Below are positions 48,249-60,984 of a stretch of 64,000 nt of DNA, in pieces. The stretch covers positions 310,001 to 374,000 of the forward strand of contig NW_027271922.1 of the NCBI RefSeq assembly GCF_040938485.1, in the 5' to 3' direction. Source of the DNA: Diadema antillarum (taxonomy: Eukaryota). The notes below the pieces were generated by a model. That model was given only the letters and a program-made list of their open reading frames with translations, was not told where the DNA came from and ran no database searches. A program made the translations under genes and the position numbers. Within the stretch, counting starts at the first letter, position 1; every line of letters begins with the position of its first letter.

Positions 48249-51200
48249 CTGCATTGAGGAGGAAGAGGGTCACAGACGGTGCATCAAAGTCTTTAAAAAT
48301 CATACAAAATTTGAAGGCAGTGCACTCCCATTGTAACAAACATGGTTACAATGAAACTCCAGTTACAACAAAGAAAAAATTCAGGCGGCAACGTTATCTG
48401 CTCGATGTTTTATTTAAATTTGTTTGGGTATGACAAAATTTTGATAATGAAAGAAAACTGCCGGTCCCCGAGGACTTCATTATAACGGGAGTCCACTGTT
48501 TTAACAATGCACTTGCTCATGAAAATTCCACTGCTGATTTTCCCATGCAAGACTAACTCAATGACAAAACGGGTTACGACCAGATTTTGGATGACACATG
48601 TCCCTCACGTAATGAAGTAACCCCATACAGTTGACTCCTGCGACAGGGTGCAGCCCAGGATCAAAACAGCATGGAAGATGGGTAGCAACAACATGTGCTA
48701 CCGGTACTCGTACATGAGAAAATAGGTGCTATATCGGCCATTGTAAAGTGGCTTTAGAATCTTTGCTCCAGCTCCTTCCTTGAAGCCTTCCCCTGCAAGG
48801 AACAAGAGTTTGAATTACTGTGGGGACAAGTGAGGCATCCTCTCAAAGGTATTGACTCCTTTTGAATGCAATGATAGGGAGCTTGAGATTTGCAGACACT
48901 AATTTCTATGCCATATAATCCACACTCTGGTTGTAACCAACGACGCTTAACTGAAAAGACACGAAAGTGCGCGCTAATCCTGTACAAAACAAATGGGCAG
49001 CGCGCGGTCCTCAAGCGTATTACGCACGTCACCCGAGACCACTCAAAGACGCTCGATAAACAGCAACAACTTCAAAGACACGTGTCTCAGGTGATGTGCC
49101 TGAGACCCGCTTGTCTTTGAAGTTGTTGTTGTTATTTATCAAGCGTCTTTGATTGTTAGATCATGTTGTTGCCGAATTTTTACCTCCACGAAATAATCCT
49201 TATTACTTTAAAATCTCGTTCTTCAAAATAATCCCCTTCATCAAAAAAAAAGCTACGACTATAATTTTTAAATCTTTTTAAGATAACAAAAATACCACTA
49301 CCTTTGGAAATGAATGATGTTTCTAGGTGTACTGAGTTTGTATTTAGCTCGCTTTTGTATCGTCATGTAGGGTAGCCATTTTGTGTCCATTTTTATCGCG
49401 CGCCTTCGTATCTTGTTATCTCTACTATCTTTGGTTGTAACTTGGAGACTGTAAAGACCCAGCAGCTTGGGGATACCACGGAGTGGGAAGGATGGCCCGG
49501 TTCCGATGTATTCGAGAAGCCCCTTACAAATTGTGTACAGCATTATCACTAATCTCTGTGTAAGTGCTGATCACAATTGGAGTCAATCATTACTAATGAG
49601 CGTACGCTTCAACGCACATATTCGCTGACTAGTGCTATACACGTACACGGTTTTCGAACGTTTCCCAGTGGGTGGCGGATGAACCGGGTCACCCATGAAT
49701 CCCACACTATAGGGGATTTAAAAGGATTAATGTTAAAGTTTATGGTCAACTCACACAACATTAACTCATCAAATTGCAGAAACTGCATTTATATGGGTTG
49801 GTGCTGATCATCTTTTCATCCCATTTCTCTCTCTCACTATTAGTCTTTTGTAAGGCAGAATAAGAATGTTTCTTTCATTTGAGCCTGCTGCTGTTCATAT
49901 CATACTAGTACTACTTGTATCTGTTACACAGTTTTTGAAAGCCTCTTCATGGTTCAGTTCACGGCTGATCAATAAATGGCAACAAACTTCAGAAAATTAA
50001 ACACTCTGAATTTTCCCTCAAAATGGCAATTCATTTTCATTCTTTGTCTGAGCTCGTGCACATTTTAAAGGTGCATGGTCCCGGTGTTTTAGTCAAATGC
50101 GTACGCGGGCGCACGGCGCAAGTTTCCTATACAGACCTACGCTATCGACTCCTCTTTAGCGCTTACACTTTGGCCCACTTCCCCTGTGTGCGAAGAAGTC
50201 CGATTCACTGTAGTCAGTGGTCGGATCACAGTTCGGCTCATGATTCAGCTGAGGGGTATGACAGCTTTAGCAAACTTCTTTTGTGATGTCATGATAACAA
50301 GCACATATGCACGCACCCTGGCATTACTACAGACTGCGCGATGCGCAGAGAAGACAACGAGGGCAACGTTACTTAGCAACAGCTACGCACTTTACTCTTG
50401 ATGACAGCTCAACTTCGGTAATCTTCGTATCAATGCTAACGGTGATCGGCAGTACCATCAACAGCGCCCTCTACACTACCGGGACTATGCCCCTTTAAAG
50501 AATTTATCAAGTTCCTAGAATCTTTATCCACTACAAGATAAACATTGTACAGACGGTGCCACTTTATAACAACACAATTTACGCAGCAAAATTCCCCCAG
50601 GAATCAATGGTTTAAACCACGTCTCAGTTGTCACTGTCACATCTGATGTGACTCTCTGTCCCACTGATACATTACATGACATATTACTTTAGGTGAGTCC
50701 CTCCCTCAGAAAAACCTTGAAGTGATCAGCACGCAAAAAAAAAAAGGATGTTGCCAGTGGACAAGCTATGCTGTCACATGATCTGGCATTTCCTTCAAGC
50801 GACAAAAACCACATGCACGATCAGACGATATGACATCAAGAGAACTTACTGCCTCTGGTGTGTCGTCAGGATTTACCGGCTGCCCGTCGTACCGGAAACG
50901 GAGATGATGTCCTCGTAAGCCCTACAGTTATAAGAATATCAAGCAGGAAAAATTAGTAACACATACTCACACACCCACACACACACACACACACACACAC
51001 AAAGATGAAGAAAAACAATAACAACAACAAATCAAATACTTGGGACTTGGGTACTGTGACCGTCACATACATTAGGCTAATAGGTAAAAAAACAAAACAG
51101 CACAGCTGTTCTCCCTCATTATACTGAATGCTGAATTTGTCATGTTCCATTCACAACAATGCAGATTTTCTTAGTCTGATTGCATTTGACTTCACTTTCA

Positions 51201-54200
51201 ATATTTCTGTCAATTTTATAATCTTATTTTCAAAAAAAGAAGAAAATGGCATTTCCATGATGACTATATCTACAACTACATCTGCTGCTTAAAATTGCTA
51301 GTACTTTTGACATACATTAATCAATCTGCCAAACCTATGACCGATGTGAGATCCACAGCCAGTGTCAATTTGTTGGCTGTGACAAGAATTGTTGATACAA
51401 AATGTAAATAATCATCATCATCAATATTATCATAATAATGATCATAATGACAATAACCATGATGATAATAATATCAATAATAACAACAATAATAATAATA
51501 ATAATCAAAACAAATACAAAACATGTCCACACAAATACATGTAGAGACATGGCAGAAACAATACCTGGATTTTCTCGCATGAGATTTAGCCAGCCTTACT
51601 GTCATCTCACTGCTTCAATGGGATAATCACATTCCACAGAATGCAACAGATGACATGAATCCACAAAATATTGCAGCACTTGTCACTTCAGACTTACAGC
51701 TTCAATGATTATAAAATGCTAATAAAATATTGTTCCTTCCAGCAGAATTCACACTGATCAATTGCACAACGGTTCATTGGGAATACAATGTGTTTGCCTG
51801 CAATAAAACCATATTATTTTTTTTTTCCAGAAATAAAGCAGCAAACTCGCTTTTGTTCGTGCCAGTTAGGGGGAGATTTCAAAAATTCTTAAACACATTG
51901 GCCCGAATTCACGAAGGTGGTTTAAATTTAAACCATGGTTTATGTATATTTCTTCTGCGCAGATATGATTAACAGATTGCGTACGCTAACAGACATCCAG
52001 TAATAAAACGTGCATTGATGCGCGCATGTATTGATACGCCTATTTAACGCTTATTTTAGACCATGGTCTAAATTTGTATCATGGTCTCAGTTTAAACCAC
52101 CTTTGTGAATTCAGGCCAAAGTGCAGCATGGATAAGTTTGTTATGCCACAGCATCAATTGCAAGACAATTTATCCTCCCCTGAATGCACCACACAAACTA
52201 CATGTACATCATGACTTGTGTGGATGAAAACACAAATGTGCATGCTCTCTTTTTCATGAGGCTCATTCTCAAGTTTGAGACAAATAAATTTTGCATAAAC
52301 ACGCTCAACTATTCTTCATATCACACGCTCAATAATTCTTCAAAATTCTGACACACAGCTTGCAACATTTGGTTGATACCTGTTAAACTTACAATTTAAT
52401 TTATAAACATAACCAATTATATGGAAATATGCAAAATATGCAAAAATACAATGAAGTTTGTTATCAAAATTCAAAACAGTGATGAATCTTTTTTATTGGA
52501 ATTAAGTCCCTCTGCAATTTTTGTGTTTATTTTGTTTGTTTGTTTTCTGTTTTTACGGAAGTTGCGATGCACCTCATACAGCAGGGGGGCGTTTCATCAA
52601 CGAATTCGTCGGAGGTTTTCACCAACAAATTTGCTATCAGCCAATCAGACGCAAGGATTTCAGTAGATTTTAACAGTTGTCGGTGTAAATCACCGACAAA
52701 AAGTTTCATGAAATACCCCCCAGTGCAGTCGTAACTCCAACGTACATACGGTGTACATATTACTTAGGACTAGGCTCTCGTGAAAGTCCAGGTTTCTTAG
52801 AGCCTCTTACTCACCTGCTTGTCACGGTAGGCATCCATGAGCTTCAGGAGCTTGGTCTTCCGCCTGATCTTAAAGCTGATTGTTGATCCATCCTAAGCAC
52901 AAAACCCCATTTAAAAAAAAGAAAGAAAGAAAGAAGAATTCAGAAAGAAATCATCAAACTCCCTCTGCATCTTTTCTTAATACTTTCCTGATCGGTGATG
53001 TTAAGATCCGTAGTGCTATATCTACAAATATTACTACTCATACTTGGGGGGGGGGGGGGTAGGGGGGAGGAAGCAAACTAATCAAACATATTGTGCATTG
53101 CATTTGTTCTGGACATCAGTGAACTACGCAAAACAGAGAAAAAACAAAACAAATCACTTTTACAACAGTTTGTAATCATTAACCAAGTTGCAGAGGAATT
53201 AAATCAGAACTATAAGGAAGTTTTACTTATAAATGGAACAAACGGTTTTCAAAAGTTTTTGGAATTGATCTGTGTATACTGATGTAGCAAGTTAAATGCT
53301 CGATAAAACCAAAGAAGATCTTTTTCCAAACCGTTGTTTCCACCTTCCACATTTCTATAGATCCATTATGTTACAACACTGCCAGCCAAGCATGACCCGT
53401 ACATCTTAAAATCTGTTTGCACCTGAACCTGCCTACGATGGCCTCCCCTCCCCAAAATCACTGGAATGCCTGCAGTCACCCTTATGTGACTGTGCTAATG
53501 TGCTTGCACGTTTGTGAGTTGGGTGCAGGTACATTGTAGGTGAAAGTGTGAGTGTTTGTATGTTTCTTTGCCTGGTTCATGTCATCCCAGCGTCAACCAA
53601 CCCTGACAATCTCATTTCCACCAACATTTTGAGATTCACTGCTTCTTTGGGTGAAGAGAGGTTGACTTTGTAAAAATGCTCAAGGTTGATGGCTAATAAG
53701 GAAGTGTCCAATATACTTACATCTCCCGTCACCTTGAGTGTCACATGCTCATTGCTCGGTTTCACTTCCTAGGTGGATAACACAGAAATGGAAAGTCATA
53801 AAACAATTACAGACAATCAAGTTACATGCATTAGGGTATTTTATCTTTGGTCACAATTTCACATATTCCTAGTTGCACGATACTATAACGTTTTGAAGTG
53901 GGGTGTGCACTTTAAAGATCTTTCATCCCTTCATATTGTGTTTCAGAGTGCAATCAGGGAGAAATGTATGTACTGAAGTCTATGTGTTACTGTTAGTTTC
54001 AAAAGGCAAAATAATTCCTGGTTTTAAAGGTGCATGGTCCCGATATTTTAGTCAAATGCGTACGCGGGCGCACGGCACAAGTTTCCTATAGAGACCTACG
54101 CTATCGACTCCTCTTTAGCCCTTACGCTTTGGCCCACTTCCCCGAGTCCGAAGAAGTCCGATTCACTGTAGTCAGTGGTCGGATCACAGTTCGGCTCATG

Positions 54201-57031
54201 ATTCGGCTGAGGGGGATGACAGCTTTAGCAAACTTCTTTTGTGATGTCATAATAACAAGCACATATGCACGCACCCTGGCATTACTACAGACTGCGCGAT
54301 GCACAGAGAAGACAACGAAGGCAACGTTACTTAGCAACACCTACACACTTTACTCTTGAGGACAGCTCAACTTCGGTAATCTTCGTATCAATGCTAATGA
54401 TGATCAGCAGTATCATCAACAGCGCCCTCTACACTACCGGGACTATGCACCTTTAATATGCTCTTGTAAAGGCAAAAAGTGTAGACATATTTTAGTCTTA
54501 AGAGAGCCTCCAGCAAAATTAAGGGGACTTGTCAGCGTTCTGACAGAGATGTCAAGTGCTGTGCATCTCAAGAAAGAAGTCACCCATTTATCACAATTAC
54601 AGGATCCATGGAGAAATATTCAACAGTTCAGGTACTGCTAAATATCTTGGTATTCACCTCTCAAAAGACCTACGGTACATGTGTACATGTAAGTTAGAAC
54701 AAACACACCAACATCATGACCAAGGAAGCCAAAGGAGCAAGTACAATGCACCTTCCTGCAGTACAACATATCATTGGGCTGTATCCTCACCAGAATGAGA
54801 CCAAGGTGCTATGCTACAAGAAACTCATAAGACCAGGAGAATGCTTGTATTGTCTGAAAGCCATTGACCAAAAAAAAAACAAAAAACAAAAAAAACAACA
54901 ACAAAAACATCAACAAGCTTGAGATGGTACAATGCCGCTTTGCTCAGTTTGTGTTGACTGACTTCAGATAAACAAGCAATGTCTCTTCCATGATCCACCA
55001 ACTCCAGTGGCCTACTTTACTAAACACAGGGACGTCAGGTTCAGTTCAAGGTTGTGATATTTAATTTCTGTTAATTGACTTCTCAAAATTCCTAGCACCT
55101 ATTTTCAAACAGCAACTACCACTTGACAAAGTCATCCTCAAAAGGTAATCATCCCTTTCGCGATTTAATACCAAGACTCTCATTTCCAATGTTCTCTTTA
55201 CCCAGACTCCATCCGCTTGTGGAACACGCTACCCAAAAATCTGGTCAACTGCTTGCTGCCCACCTGCGGACCAGTTCAGACAAGGGGTCCAGCACATCCA
55301 GCTTTGCAAAAAAAGGGGAGGCAAGCTTCTTTTCACTTGCACCAGTTTTGAATTCCAGTATTTTGTAGATATTTTGATATTGCACTAGATAAAATACATG
55401 TACAATGTACACTCTACACTATGCATCTAGCAATCATACAATACTCATTAGTAGGCTCGACGCTAACCCCAGGGTGCTCCTTGTAATGTTGGTTACACAA
55501 TTAATTTATAGCGTTGGGGCTGGTCGCACAGTTAGTTTAACACCGGAGAAGGTGGACTAAGTACAATATTCGACTGGGGAGCAGACCAAGGTCCGAGGAT
55601 CACAGGATCTAATTTCTCCTTTGTATGTACGTAGATCTACATGATGATGATGAGGATTGATAGGTTTCTCTTCATGAGCCAGACAATTGTCTAATCCCCT
55701 GTCACGTTGGCTGTATCAACATCCAATAACATGTGTTCAGAATTATCTTGATGCTCATGTGGCTCAGTTCTGTAAAAGAATTCTACAGCCATGGCGTTGT
55801 GGGTAGCGTAAAATAGAGACAGAGTTGTAAGAGTGTCTAATTATTAGTAGAAATAGAAAAGTAGGGGTCTAAATCTAATTTAGACTAGGCCTATTCAGTA
55901 CTAACTGTTAGAGTCCCAACCAAAGACGCTTAACTAATAAGACAGGAAAGTTCGCGCTAATCCTGTACAAAACAAATGGACAGCGCGCGGTCCTCAAGCG
56001 TATTTACGCACATCACCTGAGACGCGCTGCCTTGACGCTTGATGAACAGCAGCAGCGGCTTCAGGGACAGCGCGTCTCAGGTGACGGTGTGTCTTTGCCG
56101 GAGACGCGCTGTCTTTGAAGATGTTGTTGTTGTTTATCAAGTGTTTTGATTGTGAGATCATGTTGTTGCCAAATTTTTACCTCCACGAAATAATCCTTAT
56201 TACTCTAAAATCTTGTTCTTCAAACTAATCCCGTTAATCGAAAAAGAGCTACGACTATAATTTTTAAATCTTTTTAAGATATATAAATACCACTACTTTT
56301 TGAAATGAATGATGTTCCTACAAAATGTAGGTGTAGGAAGTACTGGTAATAAGTTTGTACACCTTTCTACTTAGATTTCTTGCCCTCTTTTGTATCGTCA
56401 TGTTGGGTAGCCATTTTGTGTCCATTTTTATCGCGCGCCTTCGTATCTTGTTATCTATTATCTTTGGTTCTAACATAGGATGGCAAATTTAAACCTTTTT
56501 CGCAACGCATGCCATTGACTTGTGCATTGATCGATTCAATGTTTGAACGACCCAGTCAGTCCCCCATTCACACACACAGGTCATAATGATTATGAATTAA
56601 TATTTCACTTATTTTCAGGCAGTCTTTTATCTTTATGTATACACAAAGAGCTATTGGGAAACTATGCTTGTTAAATGTTTTCAAGTGCCCTGAAGACAAG
56701 GCAACCGGTTTTTTAACTGCAACACTTTAGTGGCACTGCACTGCATGCCATCAAGCGCATGGGGCTGTATGGGCTTTGTGTGTGCGTATTACCAACGCAC
56801 ATGAGTTTCGCTGAAGGCATAAACGCATTACGAACTGCGAATTACGTGCTTCAGAATGTACAGTGCTGCATGCACCGGCGGCAGCACTACCGTGCACTAA
56901 ACTCGAGGGATGCCAACTCCGATATTTTCTCAAGGGAATAGAAACACTATAAATTTCCGAACTATTACTCTTAACACTTAATCAAACGTTCGTGAATTTA
57001 AAAATCAACTTACTTTTTGTTCCGTCGACAT
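48186..57031 (-). CDS. SUMO: SUMO-family ubiquitin-like modifier; 5 exons, 92 aa
   Basis: Exons 57031-57014, 53768-53721, 52892-52815, 50921-50850, 48248-48186, all phase 0 and GT-AG: MSTEQK|EVKPSNEHVTLKVTGD|DGSTISFKIRRKTKLLKLMDAYRDKQ|GLRGHHLRFRYDGQPVNPDDTPEA|LALEDDDQLEAYQEQTGGRG*. Confidence 0.93.
48930..49445. mobile_element. MITE family X copy 1 (central ~105-bp hairpin)
   Basis: Collinear with 55912-56475; ends resemble AACCAA(C/A)GA / TCTTTGGTT; hairpin at 49045-49150. Confidence 0.7.
50069..50494. mobile_element. Kolobok-type MITE family K copy 1
   Basis: TTAA flanks; TIR AGGTGCATGGTCCCGG / CCGGGACTATGCCCCT. Confidence 0.82.
50850..50921 (-). CDS. SUMO: SUMO exon 4
   Basis: GLRGHHLRFRYDGQPVNPDDTPEA; tgtag/gtaagt flanks. 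Confidence 0.92.
51900..52117. mobile_element. Palindromic MITE with about 45-bp TIRs
   Basis: GGCCCGAATTCACGAAGGTGGTTTAAA / TTTAAACCACCTTTGTGAATTCAGGCC. Confidence 0.75.
52585..52720. mobile_element. 136-bp MITE flanked by CAG
   Basis: TIR GGGGGCGTTTCAT / ATGAAATACCCCC; CAG on both sides; second copy at 41221. Confidence 0.75.
52815..52892 (-). CDS. SUMO: SUMO exon 3
   Basis: DGSTISFKIRRKTKLLKLMDAYRDKQ; ttag/gtgagt flanks. Confidence 0.93.
53721..53768 (-). CDS. SUMO: SUMO exon 2
   Basis: EVKPSNEHVTLKVTGD; ctag/gtaagt flanks. Confidence 0.9.
54028..54452. mobile_element. Kolobok-type MITE family K copy 2
   Basis: TTAA flanks, same TIR, highly similar to 50069-50494, unrelated flanking sequence. 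Confidence 0.82.
54545..55230 (+). mobile_element. Decayed CR1-type LINE 3' fragment
   Basis: KCQVLCISRKKSPI..AKYLGIHLSKDL..KVLCYKKLIRP..KLEMVQ across frameshifts. Confidence 0.7.
55912..56475. mobile_element. MITE family X copy 2
   Basis: GCGCTAATCCTGTACAAAACAAATGG ... GCCATTTTGTGTCCATTTTTATCGCGCGCC is shared with 48930-49445. Confidence 0.7.
57014..57031 (-). CDS. SUMO: SUMO exon 1 (start)
   Basis: gccagtATGTCGACGGAACAAAAA|gtaagt; A at -3; CpG-rich promoter-like DNA with a CCAAT near 57143 lies upstream. Confidence 0.82.
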
Positions 57032-58066
57032 ACTGGCAGGTTTATATACCGACAAAATAACACAGAACGTCGAAGATCTTCCAGAGACCGCGCACACAAT
57101 GCTTGAGCGCGGGCCGAATCGGAGAAACGTTTACCTTTTTTGCCAATAGAGGGCATGCTCATCGACTCTTTGGTCAAAAACGGCTCGGTTGTTGGCGTAC
57201 AAAGGTGATGATAATTAAAGGGGATTCGCTATAAAGATGCTAATACTGCAGTAAATGGGTTTTGTTCATTGATACATCATACATGTATCTCAAACACAGA
57301 GATCAGTGGTTTTATATGACAAGGTCATATTGCTCAAGTCCTGGACTTGAGTATATCTCCTTGTGGCTCAGAAAAAAGCCTGAAATGCCCTGAATAATGT
57401 CAAACGATTCGATAAACCTTTGAGTTACAACATGGATAATCTATACTTCCTCGATAACATGTGTTTGAGCATAATGTCAATTGAGGTTAAATAGTAGTTG
57501 GTATCTATACATGATTAAAATGAAACTTTCCTCGGTGTGAGAAATGGGTAGGCCTATATTGCACGCAATATTACTTGCGGAGAGGTATACTGTTGGGATC
57601 TAAAGAGAACAGGTCAGAATGAGTGATGGAAAGATGAAAAAGTGTTATTCTTCTCTGTAAAAATCAGTTCCCATCGGCACTAAAGTGAGGAGATAGAGTA
57701 TTCTACAACCGAGGTCCAAAAACGTTAATTTAAAATCGTTTGTTAAACTTTTTTCAAAAATGAATTTGACTGAAAGGTGAAGAGCAGAGTGGAGAATACT
57801 GATCCTGAGTTTTATAGGGACCTGCGCCTCCCATTCTCTTGAAGGCCCCTGGGCAATAAGAATTGGTTTGCTAATCTTCTATCTTTTTTATTATGATTAT
57901 CGATTGTTTCATTCGTGCATACAACAGTGTACATACAATGACTGTATGTAGTTTATCGAAAACAAAACTAGGAGCACAGTAGACTATTAACAAATAGCCA
58001 GTTGGGCAAACATTTAACAAACACTAAACGCACATTTCACAACACAATGTGAATCTGACAATATTT

Positions 58067-58312
58067 GAAGAGTTTGTTCGCAAAAACCGATAAGTCTATA
58101 TTTGCCAAATGGAGATATTTGCGATTAAAGGTCAAGAATAATAAAGAGAATAATAAGAAAATTTTGCTTCTTTTGACCATAACTTCAAAAATGTACCTTT
58201 ATATGTAGTGACCAATATATCATTAAAAAGGTACTATATTGTATTTTATGAGAGAGAAGGTACTTCAAAATCTTCAAAAATGGACTTATCGGCTTTTGCG
58301 AACAAACTCTTC
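58067..58312. mobile_element. MITE with about 33-bp TIRs and 4-bp ATTT TSD (possibly Sola-like)
   Basis: ATTT|GAAGAGTTTGTTCGCAAAAACCGATAAGTC ... GACTTATCGGCTTTTGCGAACAAACTCTTC|ATTT; superfamily assignment is inference from the TSD. Confidence 0.7.
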
Positions 58313-59946
58313 ATTTAGCCAATATGAAAGTTGACTACCCCATATTCTATTTTATTATTGTCACCTATAATCTAATGTTAGGCCTATAATTCAATACTAT
58401 GGCGATGACGATAGCAATGCTCCTTCTTATCATTGTATCATCATTAATTTGTCATTATTTTGTTATTATTGTTATTATTATTATAATCATTATTACTATT
58501 ATTATGATTATTATTATCATTTATATTATCATTATTGTTATTACTATTAGTATGATTATTATTATTACTATTACAGTTTTTGATCCCGGTCAATATCATA
58601 CTTTTGTCATTCCAATTCATGAATGTGCATTCAAATTCACACATCACATGCACGCGAAAATATTCGGGCATTCAAATTCAGAATGTAATATTTGTAATAT
58701 CGAAAGCGTGGAAATAGCTTAGTTGTAAATAGATATGCAATAAGTTAATAATCTTATGTTATTATCATCGTTACTATATCATTAGTATCATCATTATTAA
58801 TATTACTATTATCATTATTATTACCATTATTATTATTGTTGTTGTTGTTGTTGTTATCATTATAATCGTAATGATGGTTGGCTTTTTTCATGGTCATTAT
58901 TCATATCATTTATTTATGATCATCATTGTTATCATCATCATTGACTTCTGCAATTCTATATTGAATTGAATTGATTATCCTGAAACTGCACCGGTCTTCC
59001 ACTCTCCGTGACTCAGTGGACAGTTCCAGCATTTTATATTTCACCTCATATCAATGTAATAATAATTACATATACTTTAAAAAGACAAGCAAACAAGATA
59101 TGAAATAGAATAATATGGTGGATCATGACTAGAAAGTGTGTCAGCGTACGAAATCTACATAAAAGAATATTCTCAATAAGATGTGAAATATGAAAGAACC
59201 GTAAAGACAAATCTTGCAACTGCAGGTTCAAGGAAACAAAACTATGTGAATACTTCTCGCAATGGAGATAGGACATAAAGTACTGATGACATAACTACAA
59301 AAAGTTAATGAAAGCCAAAACTAGCAAGGTACAAAAGGCAAAAGAAGTAAAAGAAAAGAGAAAGAAGAAGAAGATAAAAAAGAGCATATACCATTAAAAG
59401 TGGTCATACCTCCGCCACCATCATCATTTTCATTAACTAATTATTACTATAACATATTGTTGCTAGGGAAGTGGAAAGAAAGTGTCTCTCTCCGCCTCCC
59501 TGATATTGCATACTCATGTTACAATAAGGACATTTCTGAGTACACTGTATGTTCCATGGAGGTGCTTGATCCCGATGTCTAACAGATAATCATAATGTTA
59601 GAAACCAAAAATACAAAACATTGATCAAAAGTTTTGCACTTTTGACATCAAAGGCATTCATGAAGAAATCTGATATCACGACTATATAATAGAGAAGATA
59701 GTTAGTGCACATTATGCAACTACGTGAAGACATACATCTCGTGAAATTCAGTCTAGCATGTTCAGAAACTTATGGGGTACATGTAGTGGCTTCTCATGCT
59801 TGCCCTTCATCTGAAATGTCATGAGTTAGGAATATAGATGCAATTTAACAAAATTCAGCCCCTTCATAACTTAAGACTAAAATGTAGTATGGTCAACCTG
59901 ATGCTGTATAATCTCTTTATTCAAGATAAAATATAGACTAGTCGTA

Positions 59947-60010
<64 letters not shown>

Positions 60011-60301
60011 TGTGTGTGTGTGTTTGAGAAGAAAAGAGTTATTGTGCGTCTCGATTTCATGTTCCTTAATTGATATAATTAATCTTGTTGTCTTGGCGAC
60101 AAGAACACATTTTGATACCTGCACCCCTCACAAATACAGATGCAGGAAGGAAATGTCACACACACTACAGATACAGATGCAGGAAGGAAATGTCACACAC
60201 ACTACAATACAGCCACAATAATATTGCGAATGTTAATAATAAGATGTCTCAAGAGCAAACTGTCCTTTCTCCAAGTTTTTGATTAAAAGAAGAAAAAAGT
60301 C

Positions 60302-60303
<2 letters not shown>

Positions 60304-60338
<35 letters not shown>
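60304..60338. repeat. 35-nt poly(C) tract
   Basis: Uninterrupted C run. Confidence 0.95.
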
Positions 60339-60339
<1 letters not shown>

Positions 60340-60984
60340 TTTCCGCAATTTCAGCAAGAACTCGGCGATGTCGGCGATACTGAAATTACCCCATCAACGT
60401 TAGCAAAGAAATATTTTATGTGCGACGGCGAATCTTTATCAGCTAGCTTGTACCACTGGCTTGCTTGTACGTGTGTGTATGTACTGCATGCATGCTGTAC
60501 ATTGTGTGTAAAGGTAGGTAGGTACGGCTCGACCGACGACCCTAAAGCGAGCAGACTGCTGTGTGTACATATGGAAGTTTTCTCATCAAATTCTCCGTAT
60601 TTGGAAATCATGATGTCGATATCTCCACCATTCAGGACTAAAAAACTTTAGAGGAGATCTGGAAATACGGGAAAATTGCATATTTATGGAAGGAATTATT
60701 TCGAGGCTTTTGTCATTACACGGAATAACATCTACGATCGTCCCCTCCGCTTTCTTCGGTCAAGAAGCTACATGCACTGGTGGATCTCGTAGCTGCTAGT
60801 TGTACGGCGTACCATCAACATAGAAAACAAGGTCTATTCACTGTGTGTGGTTTCATGCGGCTCTTTGATTGAGCTCTGCAAGATGCGCACAAGCGAATGA
60901 GTGATTGGGATCGGGAGAACTCAACGAAAGTGCATTAATCGAAGCGCCTCATTTTCTTTCTCAGCAGCTTCATTATTTTTAAAA

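Noticed and set aside
58399-58722. Hydrophobic Ile-rich ORFs here and at 39406, 51365, 44741 and 59952 as membrane proteins
   Set aside because: They are translations of (ATT)n, (TAG)n and (TG)n microsatellites.
59500-60620. Possible - strand exons (DIGIKHLHGTYSVLRNVLI; MISKYGEFDEK)
   Set aside because: Donor sites are weak and no coherent model could be built.
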